This document shows, piece by piece, positions 38,899 through 50,520 of a stretch of 64,000 nt of DNA. Location of the stretch: contig NC_042997.1 of NCBI RefSeq assembly GCF_006345805.1, forward strand, positions 58,342,001 through 58,406,000. The letters run 5' to 3'. Numbering within the stretch: the stretch's first letter is position 1; each line of letters opens with the position of its first letter. A program made the position numbers and the translations under genes. A model generated the notes under the pieces. The model ran no database searches, had not been told where the DNA came from, and worked only from the letters and a program-made list of their open reading frames with translations. Origin of the DNA: Octopus sinensis. Lineage: Eukaryota.

Positions 38899-40402
38899 GA
38901 CGACGAGTCTCTTTCAGTCTCCATCTACCAAATCCATTCAAAATGCAAAAGTTATGGATGATTTAGTGATTTACTGCAAAACCCATGGCGGCCAAAATGT
39001 TCAGAACGGTTGCTTTTACTCCGTGTTTTAGTATATTTAACCGGCGAACTCTAATGTTTTGGATTTGTTTACGTGACGGTTCATTTACTAAACATTAGTA
39101 AGAATATACGCAGTATACTTTGTTAATATAATGTCACTTACTCCATTACCAGTTCGTCAGCAGATTATTAAGCTTCGAAAGAAGGATAATTTAAGTATTG
39201 GGTCTATTGCAAAGATTGTTAACAAGTCAAAAAGTGTTGTTCACGGTATTCTTAAGGTCTACGATGATTGTGGTTCATGTGAAGCAAGAAAGTCTACAGG
39301 TAGGCCAAGAAAAACGACCAAGAGAGAAGATCGTGCTATGGTAAAGTTGGTTAAAAAGGACAGATTTAAAACTGCTGCTGCTGTTTCTCGGGAAATGAGC
39401 ATTGTACTGAAGAAAACTTTATCTAAAAAAACTGTGTCTCGTCGTTTAGTTGAACATGACCTACAAGCAAGAGCACCTGCATTGAAGCCACTGATCAGCT
39501 TCAAGAATAAAAAGTGTCGTCTTACCTTTGCAACCGAACATGTGTTGTAGTCTCAAGAAAAATGGCAAACGGTGCATTTCAGTGATGAATCTAAGTTGGG
39601 TCAGATGGGAAAAGGTACGTTCATCGAAAAGTAGGTGAAAAATTGTCGCCTAAATGCCTTAAGACTAGTGTTAAATTCGGTGGAGGAAGTGTCATGGTTT
39701 GGGGGATGATATCTGGAGATGGTGTGGGCCCTTTGGTGCGATTACATGGAAAGTTAAATGCAGGAGTTTATAAACAACTTGTAAAAGATCATGTCTTGCC
39801 TGTGCTGAGAAATTCAACTAAGCGACCACCCATATTCATGCAGGACAATGCCCCATGTCACAAGGCTAAGGTGGTCATGAACTTCCTCAAGGCGGAAAAG
39901 ATTATTGTTATGGATTGGCAAGCTCAAAGCCCAGATCTCAATCCTATTGAAAATGTGTGGAATATTCTAGGAGAACGTTCGAAAGCCAGAAATCCTAAAA
40001 CAACTGAGCAATTATGGAATGCCCTTCAGGAAGAATGGAATAAGATCACCCAGCAAGAAATTGAAAATTTAATTTCCTCATGCTGTCGAAGATGTCAAAG
40101 TGTGATTGAAGCTAAAGGGCTTCACACTAAATATTAAATAATTCCAGTATTCTGTCATTTTTGATTATTTTGTTATTTTTTCAACCGTTCTGATCCTTTT
40201 GGCCACCATGGGTTTTGCAGTAAATCACTAAATCATCCATAACTTTTGTATTATCCTCTCAAATTACAGCAAAATCTGAGACAGTAATAATTAATATCGT
40301 ATTTATTGTCTGTGAAAATTATAGAATATAAAACAAATTTGATAAAAAATTATACCTACTTTTCTAACGAAAACAATGCCGTTCTGAACATTTTGGCCGC
40401 AA

Positions 40403-40405
<3 letters not shown>
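38507..40405 (+). mobile_element. Near-full-length Tc1-family (DD34E, IR/DR) transposon inserted in (TA)n
   Basis: TA|CAGTTGCGGCCAAAATGTTCAGAACGG ... CCGTTCTGAACATTTTGGCCGCAACTG|TA; inner direct repeats at ~38988 and ~40183. Confidence 0.95.
39131..40137 (+). pseudogene. Tc1 transposase pseudogene (one TAG at 39548, one small deletion near 39595)
   Basis: Paired-like HTH, GRPRKTT, FSDES, VMVWG, FMQDNAPCH-(34 aa)-SPDLNPIENVW, AKGLHTKY*. Confidence 0.95.
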
Positions 40406-40495
<90 letters not shown>

Positions 40496-40584
40496 TGTGT
40501 GTGGTGTGTGTGTGTGTGTGTGTGCGTGCGTGTGTGTGTGTGTATGTATGTATGTATGTATGTATGTATGTATATATATATATA

Positions 40585-40617
<33 letters not shown>

Positions 40618-41084
40618 GTGTATATATATATATATGTGTGTGTGTGTGTATATGTGTGTGTATGTGTGTGTGTATATGTTTGTTTGTTCAACCCACTATC
40701 GCTTGACAACCGATATTGGTGTGTTTACGCCCCCGTAATTTAGCAGTTCGGTAAAAGAGGCGATAGAATAAGGACTAGGCTTTCAAAGAATAAGTCCTGG
40801 GGTCGATTTGTTCGACTGAAGGCGGTGCTCAGGTAAAGGAAAAAAAGAAAGCATAACCAAACTTAAGATTGTCACAGAAGACAAAGCTTCATTTTTGTAT
40901 GTGGTACATAAAAATAAACACCACTGAAATATTCGCTTTTGAACTTTTCTGCCAAGAAATCATAGCAATGTAGAAGAAGGTGAAAGAAACGACGTCAATG
41001 AGTAGAAGAAATTCAATAACAAAGAAACACACTCAAGTGCGCCTCCTTTTTGAAGCCTTGTAAAAAAAAAAAAAAGAGTAGAAG

Positions 41085-41310
41085 GTGAAGATGTGTGGCC
41101 ATGTGATTAAGGGTGTTACAATCACGATCGCGAGATCGCTGTGTTCTTGAGGAAAAACATTTCACGTTGCTTCAGTTCACTCAATTGCAAATGCAACAGA
41201 TTGGCGCTCCGTTCAGGGAAAATATTTTGACTTCGGCCACTTATACGCCACGGAAGTCCTAGGCCTCGAGACGGTAGCATCCAGGGACTTACTACAGTCA
41301 AAGGGACGTA
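41085..41310 (+). repeat. SINE family A, partly deleted
   Basis: gtgaagatgtgtggccatgtgattaagggtgtt...tgtgttcttgaggaaaaacatttcacgttgcttcagttcactc. Confidence 0.6.
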
Positions 41311-41496
41311 AACACAAACGATACCCTCATGCACATATACATACACGCGTACGTATCTTTATATATTTGTGCGTGAGTGTGTGTTTGTATATATATATAT
41401 ATAGGGAGAGTTTACGAAAAAAACAACAAAAGGCGAAGATAGGTGGTGTACAAAACAAACAGATGTATTAGTATAACGCTCAGAAATAGAAAAAAG

Positions 41497-41534
41497 TCTT
41501 TTACGTTTCGAACCTACGCTCTTCTACAGAAAGA
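41497..41534 (-). ncRNA. Minimal type I hammerhead-like motif in a (TA)n-flanked short repeat (41402-41585)
   Basis: TCTTT-CTG(tag)AAGA-G-cgtaggtt-C-GAAA-CGT-A-AAAGA: 5-bp stem I, loop-less palindromic ACGT stem III, GUA triplet, 3-nt insertion in the core. Confidence 0.45.
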
Positions 41535-41862
41535 GACACAGAAAACAAGGAGAGAAAAAAATGTGTGTAGTGGCTAATGATCTATCATACATGCGTGCGC
41601 GCACACACATACAAACATATAGTATATGACAGATGTCTACCAGTGGTTCATAAAAACTGTCTGAAAAAGTATGCATGTCTAATTAATGGGCTAACATAGG
41701 GTCCATGGATATTATAAATATTTAGTAATATTCTATGGATATAGTGAGGTAGTCCCATAAAAATACATATCATGCCGAAACATACGTAGCAATTCATTAA
41801 TAAAAATATAAAATCTCCATCCGTAAAGTACTTCTCCTTATTAATATATATACATACATACT

Positions 41863-41900
<38 letters not shown>

Positions 41901-41907
<7 letters not shown>

Positions 41908-42152
41908 GTTATAAAACAAACTTGTTTCTTGTTTGGTAAAACAAAAAAAATCAAATAAACTAGTGATGTTGAAAGATGTATGTATATATGTATGTATATG
42001 TATGTGTGTGTGTGAGTGTGTGTGTGTGTGTGTGTGCGTGCGTGTGTGTATACATACATACATGCAAACATGCATACACCCTTGAACATCACTAGTTTAT
42101 TTGAATTCTTCTGTTTTACTAAACAAGAAACAAATGTTTTATAATTAGTTCA
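41901..42152. repeat. Fold-back element: ~85-bp diverged inverted arms around a (TG)n core
   Basis: ttgtttcttgtttggtaaaac...tcaaataaactagtgatgtt vs aacatcactagtttatttga...gttttactaaacaagaaacaa. Confidence 0.75.
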
Positions 42153-42456
42153 TGAATTAACACTTCCGAACTTGATTTTTTTTAATAAAAAAAGAAGAGA
42201 ATGCTTTCGTGATTTAAAATAACTCATTTAGTGAATTGACAATAACATCATGATATAATCAAATCCGAAAATATACACGCTGCGATCATGAAAACTTTTC
42301 CTTTCAAAAGTAACCTCAGTAAGTTTCCACGTGTTACATCAAACTGTGACAGAATGTAAAATACGATTCTCACAGATTATAGAGTGGTTCAATCAACATA
42401 GCAAAGAATCAAATAGCGAGAGTGAATATGACAGCCAGTGTACTCCTACCACACGT

Positions 42457-42496
<40 letters not shown>

Positions 42497-42498
<2 letters not shown>

Positions 42499-43015
42499 CA
42501 CTATGGAATAACAACAGAAAAAAGATGGTATAGGCACACACCAGAAAAGGTCACAGAAAATGAGAAAGCAACCATACTCTGGGATATGCCAATACACACA
42601 GATAGAGAAATTAAGGCCAACAGACCAGATATAGTTGTAAGAGATCAAGAAGAAAAAAAATGCTTTCTAATTGATGTATCAATACCAGCAGATGACAACG
42701 TTTCTTTAAAAGTAAAGGCGAAACTTTCAAAATACAAAGACCTGGAAATAGAGGTAACTCGAATGTGGAATCTAAAAACAGAAACAATTCCTATCATAGT
42801 AAGCGCATTAGGTATGATAAAAAATATTCAGACAAATACATAACAAAAACACTAGGAATTACAAACACATATAACATACAGAAAATTGCACTACTGGGCA
42901 CTGCACACATCCTTCGCAAAACACTTTCAATACAATAACCATAAGAGCATCACAACAAACCACAGCACATATCCAAGACACACAGAGCTGCGCTCGGTAG
43001 TGAAGTGAAAGACAC
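42497..43015 (+). mobile_element. 5'-truncated Dong/R4-type LINE RLE domain directly after (TAA)n
   Basis: WYRHTPEKVTENEKATILWD, RPDIVV, LIDVSIP, KYKDLEIE, PIIVSALG, then (frameshifted) IQKIALLGTAHILRKTL; (TAA)n at 42458-42496. Confidence 0.85.
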
Positions 43016-43102
43016 AAGGCAGCCAGAAACGTTCTTTTCAATCAGTTTGGTTCACTTCTTTCCATTATGACCAAGTCTATAATCGTACATATTTTTTTTT
43101 AA

Positions 43103-43318
43103 CAAGGGGTGCTGAAAAGTTTCCCACTTTAAGGGTGTCGCGAAGGGCCTGGTTGGAGGCCCAACCTTCTTAATTCTTTTACAGGGTTTAGAAAAACCGA
43201 AGAACTGCTGCAATGAGTGCAAAAATCTGAGAAGAGAATATATTGGATGAAATTATAATTAACTGACCCTCCTGTATTTTCTTTTATTCAAAGCCAGAAA
43301 CTTTTCAGCACTTTCTCG
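43103..43318. mobile_element. Mariner-derived MITE
   Basis: TIRs caaggggtgctgaaaagtt / aacttttcagcactttctcg|TA; a reversed partial copy lies at ~54330-54438. Confidence 0.7.
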
Positions 43319-43963
43319 TATAATACAACACGTCAAAGGTAAAGGAAAAAATAACTTTTTTAACAGCAGGGTTTGGGAATTGGAAAAAAAAACCCCCAAA
43401 ACCAGCCTGTGGCATTTTTGAAGAATTTAGACTTTCTGCATGCCACCGTACAGCTAATGAACTGGAAGCGCTGATGATTAAATGTCATCATCATCATCAT
43501 CATCTGTAACCACCAAGAGCTGTTGACATTAGTATTTGCGAATGCTACTATACGGCAGACGCAAGGGATTTTTTTTTTTGACTGGACTTGAGTAATATCA
43601 AATGAAGCGTCTTGACTAAGAACACAAGGTATTGCCAAATTCGGCAACTGAACTCATGATCGTGAGTAGAACAACCTAACCACTCGGCTAGAATACCGTT
43701 AAAGAATTGTTAGATGAAACTGCAAGAAAAACTATGCAAAGGATTTGCACGCCTTTTGCCGAACAATAATCTAATTTGTATGGCTTAGTACAAAATTATA
43801 TAAAGTGAGTGGGAAAGATGATTCCAATCTTCGAGGGTGGTTTAATACAGTTGATTCAAATAAACACCTAAGCCAGTGTTTACAAAATGAATTCTGTTCT
43901 GTCAGATTAGAGAGATTTACACGGTGAAGCAGGCACAAACATTTATTCAGTTATGACGATATA

Positions 43964-45255
43964 CGAGGGACGTTCAATAAGTAATGCCTCTGACCCACTT
44001 GCAGTTGTTTGATCTAGCTGAAATTTTGCATGTGTAATCATTTATATCTCTATAGAGTAAGTGGCAAATTACAGCTCTGAATTAATTGTGGTTTCTGATT
44101 TACAGGTGTTTGAACCGAGTCAAGTGTGAAATGGAGCCTGTTGAGTGTCGAGCAGTGATCCGGTTTTTGTATTTGAAAGGACGCACACCACGGGAGACTT
44201 TTGATGAAATGAAAGTAACTTATGGTGATGATGCCCCATCATATGACCTCGTAAAACGCTGGCATCGTGAATTCAAACATGGTCGGAACTCTGTGGAAAC
44301 AGCTCCCAGATCTGGTCGCCCCCTTCTGACATTGATGAGGCATCTATCCATCAAGTTGAGGCTGCCATTTTGGAAGATCGACGCATAACTATTTGCCAAA
44401 TAGCCCATGAGGTCAAGATTAGTACCGGGTCTGTGGAAACTATCATTCATGACCATTTGCATATGCAAAAGGTGTCTGCCAGATGGATTCCCAGGTTGCT
44501 CACGCCTTTCCAGAAGCAAGAACGCGTCGAGTGCTCGAGGGTGAATTTGGAGATGTGCCAAGAAGATGAGTCAAAATTTTTCAAAAGACTGATTACACAG
44601 GATGAAACCTGGGTCCATCACGATGATCCAGAGACCAAAGCCCAGTCAATGCAGTGGAAGCACCGTGACTCACCCCCTCCAAAGAAGGCAAGGGTGCAGC
44701 CCTCCGCTGGCAAGGTCATGCTCACAGTCTTCTGGGACCAGGACGGAGTAGCGATGACAGATTTCCTGGCAAAGGGTACCACAATTGCAGGATCCTATTA
44801 TGCTTCACTTTTGAGGAAATTAAGAGAAGTTATCAAAATCAAGAGGCGGGGCAAGATCAGCAAAGGCATCCTCCTCCTGCAGGACAACACTCCGGTCCAC
44901 AACTCGCTTGTCGCCAGATCAGAAGCACAGGCGTATGGCTATGAACTCCTCCCCCATCCCCCCTACTTTCCTGACCTTGCACCCTCTGATTTTCACCTCT
45001 TCCCAGTCATGAAGTTGTTTTTGAAAGGAAAGCGTTTCCGAGATGATGCAGCCTTGATTTCTGAAGTCGTGTTCAGGTTGGAGGACCAAGTTGGGATCTT
45101 CTACAAAAACGGTCTTCAGAGCTGCATCAAACAATGGGAGAAATGCGTAACTCTGGGTGGTTCCTATGTAGAAAAAGACTAATAATTGTGCCAAGTTTCT
45201 TTGCTCTACTGTTATGGGAAGTGGGTCAGGGGCATTACTTATTGAACGCCCCTCG
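43964..45255 (+). mobile_element. Full-length (1292 bp) mariner transposon, DD34D
   Basis: TA|CGAGGGACGTTCAATAAGTAATGCC ... GGCATTACTTATTGAACGCCCCTCG|TA. Confidence 0.95.
44131..45182 (+). pseudogene. Mariner transposase with a single frameshift near 44325
   Basis: MEPVECRAVIRFL..., WIPRLLT, TQDETW, LLQDNTPVH-(34 aa)-YFPDLAPSDFHLF, GGSYVEKD*. Confidence 0.95.
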
Positions 45256-45530
45256 TATGTTCGTTGAGTTGACAAACGATAGATAGCCAATGAAGGATGC
45301 TTGGGTGTTATTACTTGGCTTAAACTCTTAAACTGCTTTCAGTTATCATATATGTGCTCACATGACTGCAGTTACATAAAGGTATACTGTTGAAAAGTAT
45401 ACCTTTATGAAGTGAGCAACATGTATGGAAAACGGTCTTGAATACCCGAGCATTTGAATTAAGTTGAACCGAAGGCTTTAGTAACGCACTAGTGCACGAC
45501 CCACTGTTTTATTCTTGGTGTACGATATAA

Positions 45531-46364
45531 TAGGTTATTAGGAATGAAATGTCCGATTTTGAACTGAAAGTTTATTTTACTTTAACCCATCAAAAAACAA
45601 AGCCGTTAATAAAAGTATGCACATAAATTATCAACACAATTTTGCCATTTTATCGGTAGCTTATTTATGCCAGCAATGAAAACTTCTGGAGAGCAAGACG
45701 TGATGAAATCACGAAAGGTTGTTTTTGCATCTTCAGATTTGAAGTTTTTTTCCTAGCAAAAGGTTGTCTAATGCCCGAAAAACGCGACAGTCAGTTGGTG
45801 CAAGGTCTGGTGAATATGATAGATGACAGTGCTTCCAAGTTCTGCCAGCTTCTTTACCTTGCTGATTTATTTCAGATGCTCCAATACAATTGGAATCAAA
45901 GCATCAAACCTTGCTGCTAACTCACGCATAGTTTGAGATGTATCAGCTTCCACTAGTTTCCAGCTCATCGTTATCCACCTTAGTCTCAGGTCTACTACGA
46001 GGCTGATTTTCACGAGTAAAGTCACCAAACCGGAGCTTCTCAAACTATCGACGTACAATGTGCTCATTCGCCACAGCTTCATCAAACACCTCATTGATGT
46101 TTCGAGCTGTCTGGGAAGCATTAGTTCCACGACGGAACTCATATTCATAAACAACACGAATTTTTGATCTATCCATGGGTTCACAAAAATTGATTTACAA
46201 GAGAAAATTCACAATATAATCAGACACCATGAATTGCGATTCGAAAAGTGATGATGTAACCCTTCAATGCTGTAAAACAAAGAATTGTCAAGATAAGACA
46301 TTAGAGTTAACGACTGTCAAACTTGGTGCATAAGAAAATCGGACATTTCATTCTTAATGACCTG
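45531..46364 (-). mobile_element. Internally deleted mariner (second family)
   Basis: TIRs taggttattaggaatgaaatgtccgatttt / aaaatcggacatttcattcttaatgacct; MDRSKIRVVYEYEFRRGTNASQTARNINEVF and YSPDLAPTD remnants. Confidence 0.85.
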
Positions 46365-46802
46365 GCACTTTATTTCATTGAAATTTATGTATATATCCAA
46401 TAAAGAATTAAATAAAAGAGCAGAAATCAGTATTGAAATAAAAGGAGCATCAACCTGGCTGAAATTACTAAAAAAGTTTTGAAAGATATGAGGAATGAAA
46501 ATTCATTTGATATATCATTTCGACTCAAAACCTGTATTACCATGGAATCAGATCTCACAGAAAAATTGAAACGGTCGACAACTAGAAAATGTGTATTTTG
46601 AGGTCGCAGATAAGCTAACCTTTCCAATTGATCAACGCCCTTTGATCATGTGAAATGCAATGTTTATTCAAGGCTGGAGATATTGCTTCTAAAGGCGATC
46701 AACAAAGAGAACAATAAATGTAAAGAACACTGATAATATTGGTATTAATTCTTTGATTGGTCAACTTCCGGTATTAGAAATTTTTGAGAGAAACCCCTAA
46801 AT

Positions 46803-47362
46803 CAGTAGTTCTCATCCGGGGTTCATATGGCCCCTGAAGGACCATATCAGACTTTTGGGAGTCCACACAACAAAATAGTAAATTGGGGATCGACAATAAT
46901 AATTTGTTGGTCTCTGAAAAAATTTTGCTTTAGCTGTATATATTGGTGTGTATTGCAAGAAACATCTAGGTTTCTTTCTCTAACATTTTACATAAGTTCA
47001 ACCTACACAAGTTAATGTGTGAAAAACAATAGCAATTTTAAAAGAAGTTTCTATTAAACAAGTTTTTGAACATCAAATGGCTATGGGGGTCCACCAGACT
47101 AGAATAGTAATCAAAGGCGTCCATTGATTAAAAAAATGGTCTAGAACCCCTGCTTTAGATGTATGTATTGGTATGTATTGCAGGAAACAGCTTGGTTTCT
47201 TTCTCTAACATTTTACATAGTTCAACCTATACAAGTTAATGTGTGAAAAACAAAATAGGAATTTTGAAAGCAGTTTCTATAAAACTAGTTTTTAAACATA
47301 GAATGTTTACCAGAATAAAATAGTCAAAGGGGTCCATAGATAAAAAGAAAATGGTTGAAAAC
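46803..47362 (+). mobile_element. hAT-type MITE (46803-47152) plus tandem partial duplicate of its 3' half
   Basis: Termini CAGTAGTTCTCA / CTAGAACCCCTG; 8-bp flanks ccctaaat / ctttagat; 47161-47362 repeats the region from gtgtattgcaagaaac to the right end. Confidence 0.7.
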
Positions 47363-47899
47363 TTTTGATCTAACTGAAAAATATACAAGCGACAGCACGT
47401 TCGTAATATCATAGATTTGCACAAATGTATCAAATTTTACTTATAAGTCCAACCAAATATGCGATGACTGAATAAATAATATCTCGAGCAAAGCGGTTAA
47501 AGATATTTCTTCAGTAAAAGTAAGACCGGAAAGATTGCGTCCTGTGGCTATGCTTAAAAATTACGCAGATCCAGCAGACAAACTAAATCTAGTTGCAGTT
47601 GATAGAAAATTTACTTCCCAAGGGAACACGAAAATATATAAAAAAAGAAAAAAACAAGAAACGAAAAAAAAGGAAGAAAAATCCCGCGACAAATTCTAAC
47701 AACTTTGTTGGTAAATTGTGTTGAATAATAAAATCATATAATAACGGTTGATTTTCTTTCTTAGAACATCATCATACACTTGGTATTTCACTTATACATA
47801 CATTATATAAATTATAGTGGCTGTCTTACAAACATTGAACTTGCAAAACATTACAGGTTCGGGTTGCAAAGAAATCTTGTATTTTACGGTTGATCCTGC

Positions 47900-48410
47900 C
47901 TTTAAGATTGGTTTCAAATATTGGAACAAAACCAGCAATTTCGGGGCCGGTAGTAAGTCGATTACATCGACTCAGAAATTGCTGGCCTCGTGCCAAACTT
48001 TGAAATCAATGTTAATTTACATTAAGGCGGCGAGCTGGCAGAAATGTTAGTACGCCGGGCAAAATGCGTAGCCGTATTTCGTCTGCCGTTACGTTCTGAG
48101 TTTAAATTCCGCCAAGGTCGACTTTGCCTTTCATCCTTTCGGGGTCGATTAAACAAGTACCAGTTACGCACTGGGGTCGATATAATCGACTTAATCCGTT
48201 TGTCTGTCCCTGTTTGTCCTCTCTGTGTTTAGCCCCTTGTGGGTAGTAAAGAAATAGGTATTTCGTTCGTCTTTACGTTCTGAGTTCAAATTCCGCCGAC
48301 ATCGACTTAGCCTTTCATCCTTTCGATCCCGATAAAACAAGCACCAGTTGAGTAATGATGTCGATGTAATCGATTAAACACCTCTCCCATGTCAAAATTT
48401 CAAACCAATA
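47900..48410 (+). repeat. SINE family B cluster (one young full copy 48024-48260 plus fragments)
   Basis: aaggcggcgagctggcagaaatgttagtacgccgggc...ccgccaaggtcgactttgcctttcatcctttcggggtcg. Confidence 0.85.
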
Positions 48411-48519
48411 TTAGTTTAGATTTAATTATGTAAATTTAAAAGACTGGACGTCAGGAATGTTTTTATCACCTTCACTGCAAGCTAACACTAACTGTTATTA
48501 GATCACATCACCACCACCA

Positions 48520-48655
48520 TCACCACAACCACCATAATATTCACGACCACAACTACGACGACGACGACGACGACCACCACCACCACCACCGCCATTTAAG
48601 GTAGTTTCTTGCTGCTTGTTTTGCCAAATATTTAGTTTAATACCATAGTGCCAGC

Positions 48656-48730
<75 letters not shown>

Positions 48731-48780
48731 TCTCTCTCTCTCTCTCGCGCACAAATACGCTCGCGCGCACCCTTTCCCGT

Positions 48781-48849
<69 letters not shown>

Positions 48850-48850
48850 G
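48520..48850. repeat. Compound microsatellite (CAC/CGA, CA, CT, TCTA)
   Basis: Direct reading. Confidence 0.95.
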
Positions 48851-49394
48851 ACCTACATACTCTACAGCTTTATGTTATCCATATGAATGCGTTTACCAAC
48901 AAACAACTTCTACGATAAGTGGGTAACGGTTTTGACAAAGATGGCCGCTGAATGAATTCTATGCATCGTTTTCAACCTTGCCTCAATATTAACTCGGCAA
49001 CCAAAATATGATATTCAAAAATGTTTCATTATTTCTCTAATCTTCTCACATTATGCAGTTTCCTAAGAATAAACGTTTTATTTGTTTAATATTTTTACCG
49101 CGTAATCATCAAAAAAACGATGAAAATTTAAATGTTCCAAAAGGTATCGATAACAACATGGTCTTTACATTCTGAATCATAATGTTACAATGCTGCGGTC
49201 GTTTAGCCTTAAGATCTTGTTTATCTCTTCTGTCTCTACAATAAAACTACGACTAGAAGTAAAACATTACTGCAATGAGTTTGTCTCAAACTGACAAATG
49301 CTTTTCCGATATGGATCGCCGTTACAGATTAACATAAAAATAACATTTAACGTATGCTCTCTCTCTTTTCTTTCTCTGTCTGTCTGTCTGTCTG

Positions 49395-49429
<35 letters not shown>

Positions 49430-50127
49430 ACCATGCATACACGTTAAGGCATGTTTGTTTGAGTGTATGCGGGCGTATGCGTGTGTGTATGTGTGTGTGC
49501 GTATGTGAGTGTGTATGTTTAGTTCGCTAATGTAAAGGCGTTTATTCCGTGTTCATACGATGCATTGAATTTGTGTAAGTACATATATATTCATATATAC
49601 ATACAAGTATACATACACACACACACACACACATATATATACAGACATGTATACATATATAAACATATATATACACATATATGTATATATATGTGTGTGT
49701 GCATACAAAAAGTGGAGGGAGAGAGAGAGGGAGAAAGAAGGAGTGAGAAAGGGAGAGAGAGAGGGAGAAAGAAGGAGAGAGAGAGGGAGAGCGAGGGAGA
49801 GAGTGAGGAAGAGTATAAGCGTAAACCAGCCCCACTTTCAATCTATTAAAAACCTGATTAAAACAAATGTTTCAAAAAATTCCTAAGCTTTTCAAGTTTG
49901 CATATTTTTATGGATACATCTAGGGAGATGTGCGCGCGCGCACATACACAAACACACACACATACATACACGTACACACATACGCACACACAGAAATACA
50001 CAGATACATACACTCAAAATTTGTTGTAATCTTATATGAAAGGAGGTATTGCGGATGTCAGTTTGTATGTATGTATATACCCATACACATATCTCTGACT
50101 GTCAGTCTGTTTTTCTGTCTGTCTCTT

Positions 50128-50179
<52 letters not shown>

Positions 50180-50520
50180 CTACATATGTGGGAAATTCTG
50201 TCTGTGAGTTTGTAGAGTTGTTAGCTAACTCCTCCTACATCGTTTTATCGATTTTGATGAAACTTGATATGTGAGTAGAACTCATATCTGGAAACCTCAT
50301 AGCATACTCAGATTGTTAAAACAAACGATAATAGGGCCCCTGGAATGGATCCTTATATATAAATCTAATATATTTTATTTTAAAGACCAATGGAAATAAC
50401 CCATTCATCCCTGGAAGGGATCCGTATATATAGCCAAGGGAAATTACCCATTCACTTTCCTAAATTATTTGGTAAAAATGAAATTGAGTATGCTTATTTC
50501 TTAGTATTTGAACTGTTAGA
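50180..50520 (+). mobile_element. Possible Helentron-associated/DINE-like non-autonomous fragment
   Basis: aactcctcctacatcgttttatcgattttgatgaaacttg after a tetranucleotide microsatellite; internal direct repeat cctggaa(t/g)ggatcc(t/g)tatata. Confidence 0.35.

Larger units (their letters stand above)
38308..40830 (+). repeat. SINE family C split by the Tc1 insertion (5' half 38308-38472, 3' half 40680-40830)
   Basis: 5' ggagtggctatggggtaagaagcttgc...gagactgaaagagactcgtcg(TA)n; 3' atcgcttgacaaccgatattggtgtgtttacg...aaggcggtgctc. The same bipartite layout occurs uninterrupted at 53420-53850. Confidence 0.75.

Noticed and set aside
48938-48948. YY1-like AAGATGGCCGC
   Set aside because: Single motif without supporting promoter context.
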